A DNA stretch of 59,796 nucleotides, filler included, from Sphacelaria rigidula (taxonomy: Eukaryota): the NCBI GenBank assembly GCA_964200075.2. It is 4 parts of 4 records of this genome, joined end to end, with 100 filler letters (N's around TTAATTAATTAA, not from the genome) between each part and the next. Parts side by side here need not be neighbours in the genome. Positions count along the whole stretch, not along the records: positions 44,927 to 59,796 come from CAXNAA020002011.1; 3 more parts are not named here. One strand, given 5' to 3'. The notes below the pieces were generated by a model. The model had not been told where the DNA came from. It searched no databases and was given only the letters and a program-made list of their open reading frames with translations. How positions within the stretch are numbered: the stretch's first letter is position 1; every line of letters begins with the position of its first letter. Positions 48,426 to 59,796 of the stretch are shown here, one piece after another. Position numbers and translations under genes: made by a program.

Positions 48426-49334
48426 CCTTTGTGCAAATTTACGGTGTTGAAGCGTGTGTGTCATAATGGAGGGATAGCTAATGCACTGGCTGGGGTCCCT
48501 CAGTATGAGTGCCAGGAGATATCATGGTTCCAACCCACCAAGCTCCCACGTGGGCAACATCACACAGACCTAGCTATTCATCATGAACAATCACACAGTA
48601 GGCTCGTCCATGTGCAGACTGTTGATTAGGAACTGACGTATTTCATAGCGTCATGTTATATCTACAAGCCTCTCTTACTCAATATAGCCGGGGCGCAGCC
48701 ATAGGGGCAGAGCGTAGTGACGGCCCAGGGTAGAGACCAAGGCAAGCCAGTAACTGAATGAGATAGGTCAACGCCATGTATGTGGCGAAGCCGGAACAAT
48801 CCCAACTAATGACAATAGCAAACGCGATAACAACGCGTCACGCGACTTATGGTCTACGAGCAGACCCGCACAGCGTCTATCTTGCAACGCCTCCGAGCTG
48901 CATCACATATGAACAGGGTGGCTACGGAGCTTTACAAACACCAAGCAAGTCTACATTACATGCGGTGGAGGTCCGCGCGCAATCGAAGAAGTTGGCAGCG
49001 GATGATCGGAAGCGTATCGTTGTTCACGTCCAGATTCGGCAAATTTTGGACGCGCGGACGCATAAGCTCCTTACTCGCTCGCATAGCGGTCTCCTCCCGG
49101 CGAAGGGGTGGCGGCAAAGGGCGGGCAATGGGGCACGTAGACTGGACACTGCGCTCCTACCCTCGTTGTAGCCGTCAGGTTGTTTCACTGCCAGCATCTC
49201 ACTGTCGCCAAAGGCGCGTGCTGTGTGTCAGGGTGAAGATACTCTCGAGAGTAACGAGGGGTATTGACGTTGCGAGTAGCAACGTGACATGTGCTTACCC
49301 CGGTCGTGTTCCCTCTAGACAACCGATTACTGAA

Positions 49335-49735
49335 ATTGAGGATGGGGCTTTTCATCGAGGATGAGAACCCGGAGGATTCCAATCTCCGCATCCACACCGA
49401 ATCTTCTAGATATGTGGCTTTATTTCTTCACCTGCTGGTAGCTATCTGCTACACGTTATACAAATTTCGACTTCGATAACTGAAATGTTGGGGTCCTAGG
49501 GTGCGTCAACAGTCGGGATTTTCGGCGATCCGATCAGATCACCTAAACCCCAAAACTGTTCCCCCATATAGTATTCCAACATTTCGGTTGTCGAAATCGA
49601 AATTTGTAGGGTGTGTAGCACTTGTCAATAGCTACCAATAGGTGAAGGAATAGACCCATATTCCGAAGATTTGGTGTGGATACGAAGATTATAATCCTCC
49701 GGATTCCCATCCTCGATAAAAAGCTCCATCCTCAA
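49335..49735. mobile_element. Mutator-like foldback MITE with ~155-bp imperfect inverted arms
   Basis: ATTGAGGATGGGGCTTTTCATCGAGGATG...GAAATGTTGG pairs with CCAACATTTC...CATCCTCGATAAAAGCTCCATCCTCAAT. Confidence 0.75.
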
Positions 49736-50644
49736 TAAATTGATGACGTTTATAGGTGTAGAGGTTGAAACATTTGGGCATGCTGGAACTAAATCGTTGG
49801 GATGTCCGCAACCCTTGTATGTGAAATTCGGGTTCTTGAGTCATGCTCCGATGGGGGTGGGGGTGTTCGATTTCACGAAAATATGGGCTCATGGGTGCGT
49901 CAGACGACCAAACATACTCGCGGTGCGCTTGTATTTGGATATGAGCGATGTCGAACAATATGAATGAGGGTTAAAATCGGAAGCAAGCGCGTTCGGATAA
50001 CCGTTGCTGCTATTAATGACGATTGCAAGGATTTCGTGGAAGAGGCAGGCCAAAAATACCCCCTCCTATCGTACCACGACTCTTCTCGAAAAGCGGCACA
50101 TTTCGCTGAGACGCCTGTGGACTGGGTTCTTCACGATATTTTGTCTTGGTTGCGGTTGACTCATGCTTATATGCTTATATGCGTGATATGTCAAGAGTGG
50201 TATCAGCGTATGGACATTCTACTGCCTTCATGGGTTATTTCCCGAAGGCTGATGTTTCCAGTCAAAATTTCACCCAGCGGCAGATCATTGTCACAGAAAG
50301 AGAACACAAACGTGAACCACTGGCCGATTTTGTAGTTTCGGGACAACACGCACAGTAAACACCGGATTCAGTTGGAGAACTCCAAAACGTTGTTGGTTCA
50401 AAATTCACAACTTCCAAAGGCGGGTAAAATGTTCGAAGCTAGGATTACTAGTTGGATATGCGATGCTTCACCAATATGGTTAAGGTTGCTCTAATCCATC
50501 TTTGACAAGAATACGTGTACCCGCGGAACGATATACTCGTGGGATCTCTGACTATGGGCTATAGACTTCCGTCAAGAGCAGAGAGCTATGTGGACCCCTG
50601 CCATCATGGCCCATAGGCTTGAGCAGCTCTCGCTATTCGTTTAT

Positions 50645-50815
50645 TGACCCTTAGCTGTTCATTATATCGGAGAGCAGGATCCCAGCCTCTTCCTCGCGAA
50701 GTGGAAACCAACCTCATATGCCATGAAAATGAAACACGCCCAGAGTCGACCGATCAAACCCGTAGACCCGAGATTCATCAACGAGCTGTAAACACGCCTA
50801 CCACGCGTTGGTTCA
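50645..50815 (+). repeat. Dispersed repeat, homologous to 59418-59585
   Basis: Shared sequence: ATATCGGAGAGCAGGATCC...GCTGTAAACAC(G/A)CCTAC(C/T)ACGCGTTG. Confidence 0.7.
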
Positions 50816-51521
50816 ACAACCAGTTGCGAAAACGCCTACTACGCACTGTTCCGCCTACTGACGAAGGTAGTAAGTGTAGCAGGGGCCTGCAGCACCTCCG
50901 AAGCTTACCCACACCCGGCCAGTGGTCGAAATAGAGCTTCACAAAGTCAAACATCGTTGTTGCCTAGCAATGTCATCGTTTTCCACATAGAGAAGCAATC
51001 CCTGTCGCTGTTTTCGATAACAGCTGCATTCAATACCGCCCGATTTCCGAACAACTTGCAAGAAATTGAAAATATGGTTCGTCAAGAACACGCAATCACA
51101 CCGCTTGTACCACGCTGAGTCACAAGGAGGCACAGTAGCTAGAGCCAAATGCACAATACCTTGCCCAATACACGTTTCTCGACTCCATATCGGCACACAA
51201 CCTCAAAGGCTAACGAACGTCAAGATCCGAAGCACCCGTGACTAAACGTCTTTCTCATCAGAGGCGAGCTACCTTTCAACATACAATATGCATTTTTCGT
51301 AGGTTCAACACCTGAGTCATCTTACAATGGTGGGGTGGGGGGTAGTTGGGGCCATTCCTTTCACGAAAGGAGCAATCGTTGTTCCAACGCGGTTGTTAAT
51401 GATGAAAAAATGAATCATTTCTTCGTAGTGTCATCACGTTTGAGCGCGAGTCATAGAGTACACTCGAAGAAACTCAGATATACGAGCTGGGCTAGCCTAG
51501 AAGCGGATTCGTAGTTTGCAG

Positions 51522-51785
51522 ACGAATTCGCAATTTTCTACTTGGAGTCGAACTGTGAAATTTGGTATGAACAATCAACAGGGCATGAAAAAAAACTGTG
51601 TGCGGGGTCCAAAAGTCTTTTTCTTTCGTGATTTACCGGTATTTTGCCAAAACCTTGGAACTGATTATTGCCCTTGAGTCATAGGGGGAAAAAATGGGGC
51701 CCCGCACACCGGTATTTTTCATGCCCTGTGGATTGTCAATCCCAAATTTCACTGTCCACCTTTGAGTGAAAAATTGCGAAATCGC
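51522..51785. mobile_element. Diverged foldback element
   Basis: The left arm TTCGCAATTTT...GTGAAATTTGG...ACAATCAACAGGGCATGAAAAA...GTGTGCGGGG is inverted to CCCCGCACAC...TTTTTCATGCCCTGTGGATTGT...CCAAATTTCAC...AAAATTGCGAA. Confidence 0.65.
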
Positions 51786-53790
51786 CTTTTGAAAATCGGG
51801 GCGGCGTTAAGTCGTGGGCAGTATTTTGCAGACCGTTTACCGGCCCACGTTTGGTGTTTGTGTATTGAAACTTCATGGCGGACCTCGCTAGGTCATGATG
51901 AACCAAGAAAAATGGGTGAGGTTGATTTTTATTCATTTTGTTCACTGGTTGAGGGCAGTCCAGTATGATAACGACCATTTTTTTAACCAGAACGCCCGAA
52001 CCTCTCTTGAAGAAAAAAATGAACGCCCAACTTTGTTTTTCCAGCATACCTCTGTCGTTCTCAATGCCAAGTTTCATATCACCATACCAAATTTCATGGA
52101 ACAACTCTCAAAACCCGAGACATGATATCCAGATTTAGGGCATCTAGTGTCTCTGCTCGTAATATGTTGGTTTCAGTATGGCAACTTATGTGCGCCATCC
52201 TCTCGAGATAGACAACGGATTAAGTAAAGGTGAGGATATCTATTGTCCTCCTGTGCTCCAGGGAGTCCACACCAACATAGTCATTATCCGCTGAATGCAT
52301 CATTCGGGGTTTCATATAGATTTTAGTGTGGACGCTGTCTCCGTACGGTATAGGAATCAACGAGGAAATATTGGTTCAGAATTTGGGTCAGATGGGCACC
52401 TTCCCCTTGATCAGAAGATTAATACGATATGCGGATTACGGCCCAACCCGCCTGTGTCGTTGAGTTATTGCTTTGAGAGCTTGAATCCATTTTTAGGCTG
52501 GCCCAGCTCGTATCTCAATAGGATTCTAGACCGTCAAATACCCTTCGTGTACCGATTGCAATGTAGACATACGACACGACTGAACGTATCAACACTCCCG
52601 CAGCCCACCTGCACCGCTCGTTTCGAACAAATGGACACACCATTCGCATACTCCTTGCAGACAGAAGTGGAAGCTCACCCACTCACTCGTCCGGACACGT
52701 GACACTTTATTGAAAAAACGTGCCTCGGTCAAAGAAAATCGATGCTTATGCGCACCACAATTTTATCTCCAATAACTAGAAACACTCGTGTTAAACCTAC
52801 TCACGTACGATCCTACCCATTCGTAATATCCGCCTATTTTCAATGCAACAGCAGCAATTGACATTTCCTACAGTCAATACGCGCGAACCGCACCAAGGTG
52901 ATGCCATCGCGTCATTATGTTGACAGGAATATACGACCTTTACTTTGAAAACTGCCTCACCATGATCAGACACCATGCACATTAATAACGTCCGAGCGAC
53001 AAATCCCCACATGTATGCAACTATTTCATTCAGCAATACAATGCCTCCTTCTCCGCAGTAACCCTCATATACCATGCGCGCTAACAAGGGCAGCACAACA
53101 CAGAGATACCGAACATCCGCATGTACACCAGCATTTTTTCAGCATACGCACTACGATCATACTCGCTTAACCGCCATGCTTCATGCGCAAACAGCAACAC
53201 AAACATGACCAGAAACCACACCAACACAAACCTACAATCGTCCCCCAAGCAATTCAGGAATATCAGTCACAATGTAGTTCCTCATTCTCAACAAGCACTC
53301 GATCACACCAGTCCTTGCTCCTCAACATTACCTAACCCGGCGCTCACCACATCAAGCACTTTATAATAACACCTTCCTCGTAGCCGTCCGATTTGTTCCT
53401 GATACACAGCAGCACTCGAAGTACAACCTTGTGCACACCATGGAGCAGTGTTTTCACTCGAACACTCGCTCCGAGCACCATCAGTTCAGCTACAGCTTGG
53501 ACCGCCATGGTGTCGTTTAGATTTAAACCAAACGGTATATCCACATCGTCAAACCGATTCGACAGATAACCTACCCCAGCAGATACTTGCAAATTACGGA
53601 ACACGTTCATCAGTCGTTTTTTCAGAGGAAAACAAGAGGCGGGACGTCAACAGCCACACAATCCCGCGCAAAAACACCTCCCGATGGCGTTTCACCATCC
53701 TCCTCGCACACCTGACGGTAAAGCGACAGAGACATCTCACTCAACTCTACCGAACACCTCAAAGCTGTCCATGTGAACAGCAATGCATGC

Positions 53791-54013
53791 TGTAATGCGC
53801 GAGAGGACCGCGTGCTTAGAGGACCGCATCGGAATTCGAACATCTCTATGGTTAGGGTTAGGGTTAGGGTTAGGGTTAGGGTTAGTGTTGGGGTTATGGT
53901 CAGGGGGGTGGTACCTCCAGGGACTGACCCGATTGGTTTTGAAAAACGTCGATCCTGACGTGTTTTGAACTACGGCGCGGTACTCTAAGCACGCGGCCCT
54001 CTCATGCATTACA
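53791..54013 (+). mobile_element. TGT...ACA-ended MITE carrying (TTAGGG)5, copy 1
   Basis: The 31-bp TIR is TGTAATGCGCGAGAGGACCGCGTGCTTAGAG / CTCTAAGCACGCGGCCCTCTCATGCATTACA. Five perfect TTAGGG units lie at 53852-53881. Confidence 0.85.
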
Positions 54014-54151
54014 CACGCGACCACCCCAACACCACGCACCGCTCGACGTCGCCGTGGGAATCGTCATTGCTAATACCTTAACAAGCCTGAAGCTCGCTCT
54101 TCATCCCTGCTTCACGGGGTATGACCCTGTTGCTTCGAGTATGCACGGTAT

Positions 54152-54570
54152 GTCTTCAGCTACACGCCGCTCCCGCGGCAACTCCGCCAACCTGGTATCC
54201 ACCTTCCTTTCTATTCAGACACCCCTACGAATAATCTGAACGATCTCTCGCCGTATCACTGGCGCAGTTAGACTCGCTGTGAGAATGGGGAGCCCCATGC
54301 TTGCTTGCTCGCTCGTCTTACGCAAGACGTGTTCTCAGCTACACGAGGTTCCGGCGGCAACTCCACCAACCTGGCATCCACCTCTTATCTCAGCAGACGA
54401 CCCTACAAATCATCTAGACAATCTTCCGTTCTATCACTGGTGCAGATAGATTCGCTATGAGCATGGCGAGTCCGAAGTTTGCTCTCATCGCTCGCATTGC
54501 GCAGATGACACATCCCTGCAATCTTGAGCATGCAGTTGTATCTTTAGCTACGTGCTCTTCCGGCGGCAAC
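54152..54570. repeat. ~180-bp diverged tandem repeat (2 full units plus a partial one), possibly a decayed minus-strand protein repeat
   Basis: TCAGCTACACG...GGCAACTCC(G/A)CCAACCTGG(T/C)ATCCACCT...TATCACTGG(C/T)GCAG occurs at 54156 and 54335, with a partial copy at 54544. Confidence 0.65.
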
Positions 54571-54974
54571 GAGTAACTGAAAGCTTCGCTTCTCAGCGCT
54601 TGCTCATCGGTCCATGTACACTCCGCCCTTTCAACACCAACGGCAGTAACAGCAGTAGTATCACCCATACTCACTTCACCCACCACCTCCTGCCCCGCTC
54701 GCTCCTTGACGGCAACAGCTGCAGCTGTGCTACCTCCTGCGCTCTCGTGCGACTTGTTCGCCCTCTTCAACAGCAATACCAGCAGCGGCCCCGCGTCGTT
54801 TTTTCAGAGGCGGGCGCGGCCTGCGCTTCCGGGGACAACCAACACCCCGACCCTTACCATCCGCGGTTCGAGCACCGTGCACCACGCCCGAAGACGCATA
54901 CGACGCATGCTTGCGCAACACCAAGAGCATTTTCTCGACCACAACATCATCAACATGATTCAAGAACGTAGCAC

Positions 54975-55171
54975 TGTAATGCATGAGAGGACTGCGTGCT
55001 TAGAGGATCGCGCTGTATTTCAAAATACCTCAGGATCGACGTTTTCCAAACCCAATCGGGTCAGTCCCTGCAGGAACCACGCCGGACCCTGACCCCAACA
55101 CTAACCCTCACCATTGGGATGTTCAAAGTCCGATGCGGTCCTCTAAGCACGCGGTCCTCTCACGCATGACA
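54975..55171 (-). mobile_element. Same TGT...ACA MITE family, copy 2 (inverted)
   Basis: It has the same TIRs, and its interior is the reverse complement of copy 1 with a short CCCCAACACTAACCCT telomere-like patch. Confidence 0.85.
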
Positions 55172-55405
55172 AAATATGTCGCAGTGGATGGTCATGTCTG
55201 TGCGCCGCAACCATAAAACGTCATCAAGGGCCGTCTTATCCGTTTACGGTTTCTCCAATGAGAAATCTACCGAACTGTTTCGGCGGTAGGAGGACTATAT
55301 TCGTGAGATGCACGAAGCGAACGCGCGTGAGGCAGGAAGGAACGATATTGAGGAGTCAGCGGTCGCTGATCTCATGCCCCAACATAATGAGATATCTTTG
55401 TGTGC

Positions 55406-55603
55406 TGTAATGCATGAGAGAACCGCGTGCTTAGAGGACCGCACCGGAATTCGAACATCCCTATCGTTGGGGTTAGTGTTGGGGTTAGGGTCAGGGGCGT
55501 GGTACCTGCAGGGACTGACCCGATTGTTTTTGTAAAACGTCGATCCTGAGGTATTTGAACTACGGCGCGGTACTCTGAGCACGTGGTCCTCTCACGTATT
55601 GCA
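55406..55603 (+). mobile_element. Same TGT...ACA MITE family, copy 3
   Basis: It has the same TIRs, with internal GTTGGGGTTAGTGTTGGGGTTAGGGTCAGGGG. Confidence 0.85.
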
Positions 55604-56169
55604 ATATTGCTACACCTTGTCAATCTGGACTGTCGAGTTAGTAGTGGTACCTCCCCTCTTCTCATCAAGCGCCGAGCCACCATGACATGCGTACATCATA
55701 AACAGTGAGTAATGCAGCAATCCACACTAAGTTAATTTTCGAAACCGAGGTTGCCTCGCAGTCGTTGGAAGAGCAACGCTTCCCACACACCAAGACGCGC
55801 TGATACTCCATACAACGACGACCACAAGACCCCTTCCTCACGGAGTGGTCACTACATCTTGAACTCCTTGGACTCCTCTTCTTGGCCGCAGCTGGCCAAC
55901 CTTGAGTCAGTCCCGCAGGGAATAATTGCACCGCGTTTTTTGCATTCTTATGGGCTCGTCAGCTGTCAATCCCCCCTGCGCCTTGCGCACGAGCGATACC
56001 CCGGCCCACCCTAGCGCGGCCTTAGAACCTTCCCAGCTCTGCTCTTCCAGCCCCTCTCGACCTATATGCACGCATTGAGCTGATCTTGTCTGCTGCATAC
56101 TAATCAAGCCTACAGAATTCCCCGTCTTGATGTGCCAGCTGCTGCTTCAGCGGGCCTATTAAACATGTA

Positions 56170-58250
56170 GGGTAATGCTATTTCCAAGTCGTGACTTGGA
56201 ATTGGTTATGTCCACCTCCAGCTGCGATTTGACTACCCGCCCGCGTTCGTTTCATGTGCCTTGCATCGGCACCACAACACCCGGAATACACTCACGCAGC
56301 CCGTAGCTTTCATTCAAGCCATCGCACGGTGCCAACGTCCTCGTAGCGAGAGAGAAACGCGCCTGCTGCACAGTGCCAAATAATACCGCCAACCGACTGG
56401 AGGTGGATATGAGCTATGTCCAAGTCGCGACTTGACCAAAGCTTATGCCCACCTCCAGCGGTTGGAATACCTGTCCGCGCTCGTACCATGAGCCTTGCAT
56501 CGATACCACAGTACCTAATATACTCTCACACAGTCCGTAGCCAACATTCAAGCCATCGCACCGCAAACGGCCTTGTAGTGGACGAGAAACGCGCCTGCTG
56601 CACAGTGCCAAGAAATACCGCCATCCGACTGGAGGTGCGACCGTATGACCTAGTCGCGAATTGGACGGGGGTTTTTCTCTCACACTTTGAAGCCCTCCCC
56701 TTCCTCGGGATGAGCCCGTGGTCTCAAGGGATCAACCCATCTCTCCCCCGGTGCGTGCCTTTTATTTTGGTCTCGCAGATTGGATCAGCACTCCCCCACC
56801 GCGTCAGCTCACATCACACAAACCCAGTCGACTACTTTGTTTACTCACGTTCTCACGCTTCGTCACGGTGGAAATCATATATTACGAGGAAAAAACCCAA
56901 CGCATCGGGAATCGAACCCTTGTTCTCTCCACCCTATTGGCGACAGTCGGACCATTACACCACCGAGGCGCCGCGACATATAAAGCTTATGTCCACCACC
57001 AGCGAGTGGAGTGCCTATCCGCGCTCGTCCAATTTGACCTGTATCGACACCACAGCAGCTGCAGCAGACTCACACAGTTCATACCCATCGTTCAAGCTAT
57101 CGTGCGTTGCAAACAGAGTCGTAACGGACGAGAAACACGCCTGCTACACACAGTGTCAAACAATAACACCGCCATCCGACAGGAGTTGGACATCATAAGC
57201 TACTGTATGTCCAACTGCAGCGAGTGGAATACCTCTACGCGCTCGTCCCATGTACCTTGTGTCGACACCATAGCAGCTACAATATACTCAGACATCGCGT
57301 AGCCACCGTTCAAGTCATCGTGGGGTGCAAACGTAAAGCACGCGGGAGCAGTATCACGATGCTGTAGCCTAGGGGGCTAGATATGCAACATTGGTCTTCT
57401 TCCTCGCAGCTCCCACAGCCGTGGAAAATCGACCCACTGGTTGTGTGTCGAGAACATCGCCGGTCAGACGAAGAAAGGGTAGATTTATGGAGCCATGTTC
57501 GCGGTGGTACGCGTTGTCCGCCCTTCGTACCCAACAGCCCCAGGTTATACGGACGGCGTACGTGGATAACGTGCGACGCAAGACAGCTGAGCAACGTTTA
57601 CATTTCTAGGTTGTTGAGAACTTTCTGTAGATACATGCTCATTGCATTGGTTAAAACCTCAGTGCATCGCAGAACAGTGCGGCTGAAACGTACTAGCGGC
57701 AGTCACCGGTTGGCGTTTTGTCTGCAACACGACCGTTATCAATCGCAAGCACATGACCACAGTACGTGCTGCCATGCCTCCAGTCAACATAGCTCATGAC
57801 CAAGTCACCTACGTCACATTCGTCCAAGTGAACGGCGGTCGGAGTTTCCGTATCCAAACGGGTTAGCCCCGTCTGCTGCCAACTATGGAGCCGTTTGAAC
57901 TATCACTTGCACAGTGCCATGATTTAAACGATGGCTACGGACTGTGTGAGTGTATTGCAGGTGCTGTAGTGTCGATGCAAGGCACATGGGACGAGCGCGG
58001 ATAGGTATTTCAATCGCTGGTGGTGGACAAAGCTTGTGTCCACCTCCAGTCGGGCGGCGGTATTTGTTGGCACTGTGCAGCGGGCGCGTTTCTCGCTCAC
58101 TACGAGGCCGTTTGCACCGTACGGTGGCTTGAACGATGGCGACGGACTGTGTGAGTGAATTGCACGTGTTGTGGTGTCGATGCAAGGCCCATGAGACGAA
58201 CGCGGGCGGGTAGTCAAATCGCAGCTGGTGATGGACAAATAGCATTACCT
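56170..58250. mobile_element. 2.08-kb non-autonomous Mutator/Foldback-like element with inverted arms made of ~200-235-bp tandem units
   Basis: Termini are GGGTAATGCTATTT...AAATAGCATTACCT, with 9-bp flanks AAACATGTA / AAACATTTT (7/9 identical). About 3.6 direct units lie at 56205-57335 and about 1.6 inverted units at 57925-58240. Confidence 0.7.
56660..56972 (-). mobile_element. tRNA-derived SINE nested in the foldback element
   Basis: The minus-strand head GCCTCGGTGGTGTAATGGTC...GGGTTCGATTCCCG has Pol III A and B boxes but no cloverleaf. The body shares GCGAGACCAAAAT...GGGAGAGATGGGTTGATC with 36117-36165. Confidence 0.7.
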
Positions 58251-58719
58251 AAACATTTTTTTGAGTATTTCGTCACTCAAGACCAGACAGCTACGTGCAC
58301 CTCTCTCACCATGTGCACGTAGACTCGAACGGCTCTAGCTATTCATACAGGCTGGTTCACGGTGATCGCCCAAAATTGTGTCATCATATATGGTATCATA
58401 CTGACCGCGATGAAGAGACGAAGAGGATGACATAGTCGGATTTTTGTTCAAGGCTGTAGCGGTGGCGCTATGGACGAGAATGTGTCTCAGCCAATCAGCG
58501 CCCTTCAAACTGTTCCGAGATCGAAATTACGAATACCAAGCCCAATTGTCACTCAATCTCTACATGATTCAAATCTTAGTAACCGTCATCGACACGGGAT
58601 CTAACGAGAAAATCATATATTCAAAACGGTTACTACGGGGGTCGAATTATACCCGAAATCGTGATGTTTCGGTGATGTTGGGTGTCGGCGTGGTCTAATT
58701 TCTACTCATGACAGGGACG

Positions 58720-59290
58720 AAAGACCCAGGGAGCCTCGTGACGGCGTGACCCTATATCTGTTGTAGAAAAGCTCAGATCGCCCTCAAACTCAAAAGCTCA
58801 GATCGCCCTCAAACTCGGCAGTGCCGTAGGTATTGATACTAAAAATACAAAGGGATTCTTGACAATATATCATGGCTTCTCCGCTCTCTACCGGCTTCCG
58901 GGGGTCCCAGCATGAAGATCCCCGGAAGCCGGTACAAAATGCCCTAACAGAAAAATCATGAAATGGTGCGTCCCGGAAGAGTCCCAGGAACACACGTACA
59001 AAGTTTGGTGGAGAAATTCGAAAACCTCATACACTGTTTCTTGCCTTGACGTCAAATTCACCCCAAAAGACGTTTCCATACTAGAAGCAAGTAGTTAGGA
59101 GTTGCACGTTTCAAGCCTTCGTCCTCCACAAACGCGCAAAACTGCACCCTGTCATTAGGAGTTAGATTCTGAAACTTTGCATGAATATGCTATGTATCAT
59201 TACGCAACTTTCTACGGACGATGTTTTTTTGGACTTCTTGAGTTTTTCACCGTTTTTCGAAGTAGTTTCCATTCTGGGACCCCAGAAAAA
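58720..59290. repeat. Dispersed DNA-transposon-like repeat, homologous to 11480-11985
   Basis: It shares colinear blocks with contig 1, plus a local duplication of AAAAGCTCAGATCGCCCTCAAACTC. Confidence 0.7.
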
Positions 59291-59796
59291 CGGCACTACG
59301 CTATTTTTTCCATTTTTTCGCGAACTATCTGCCTCCGCATAACCCAAGGATGGGCTCCACAATTATTCGTCGCAAAACTCGTTTTTCGGGTAATAAACGT
59401 GAACCAGCCTGTAAATGAACCCTGAGTTGTTCATCATATCGGAGAGCAGGATCCTAGCTTCTCTCTCGCGGATTGAAACCAAACTTTTGCACTATGGAGA
59501 TTGAACACACACAGAATCGATCGACCAGACCCGCAGAGCCACAATTCATTAACAAGCTGTAAACACACCTACTACGCGTTGTTCCGATGTACCCGACCAA
59601 GGTAACGATGATGGCAGGAGTCTACAGGGCTTGCTCGTACAGTGTTTGAGTTGGATCGAACGAACAATTTTCTATGGGTCTTATGAATGGGTCTGCTTTG
59701 CCCCCCTCAAATCTCCGAATTAACGGGGGGGGGGGGGGGTACCCCTTTTTTGCTTTCCTTAGTTATTCGATCTTTCCCCACGCTTCCCTTTGGAGA

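Noticed and set aside
53852-53881. (TTAGGG)5 as a true telomere or chromosome end
   Set aside because: It is only 30 bp, internal to the contig, and sits between the TIRs of a repeated element.
56900-56972. tRNA gene on the minus strand
   Set aside because: A and B boxes are present but no acceptor or anticodon stems can be formed, and it continues into a dispersed repeat body, so it is a SINE head.
56205-57335. Regularly spaced palindromic motifs resembling a CRISPR array
   Set aside because: The sequences between the motifs are homologous to each other (~200-bp tandem units), not unique spacers. There are no cas genes and the context is eukaryotic.

Overview
This is eukaryotic, intron-rich, repeat-dense DNA. 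It is most consistent with a brown alga (Phaeophyceae); that is an inference from the long GT-AG introns, a heterokont signal peptide with an 'AF' plastid-targeting motif, and a fungal-type Zn2Cys6 transcription factor. The window is not one locus. It is four unrelated contigs of 14878, 14877, 14871 and 14870 bp joined by artificial 100-nt spacers (N44-TTAATTAATTAA-N44). Contig 1 (1-14878) holds a complete 6-exon CDC6/ORC1-family AAA+ gene with an unusual N-terminal PWWP-like module, head-to-head with a partial plastid-targeted gene. Contig 2 (14979-29855) holds a gene with a single PTB/hnRNP-L-type RRM plus a prion-like tail, head-to-head with a 3'-truncated DNAJC2/zuotin gene. Contig 3 (29956-44826) holds a decayed LINE and a 5'-truncated Zn(II)2Cys6 transcription factor gene with one GC-AG intron. 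Contig 4 (44927-59796) has no intact gene that I can find: it consists of MITEs, foldback elements, a tRNA-derived SINE and decayed ORFs. The most notable observations are the chromatin-reader/CDC6 fusion, non-LTR retroelements with C-run 3' tails that stack at C-runs, a TIR element family carrying TTAGGG repeats, and a 2.1-kb Mutator-like foldback element built from ~200-bp tandem units. All exon models were built by eye from splice signals and reading-frame phase; no database search was run.
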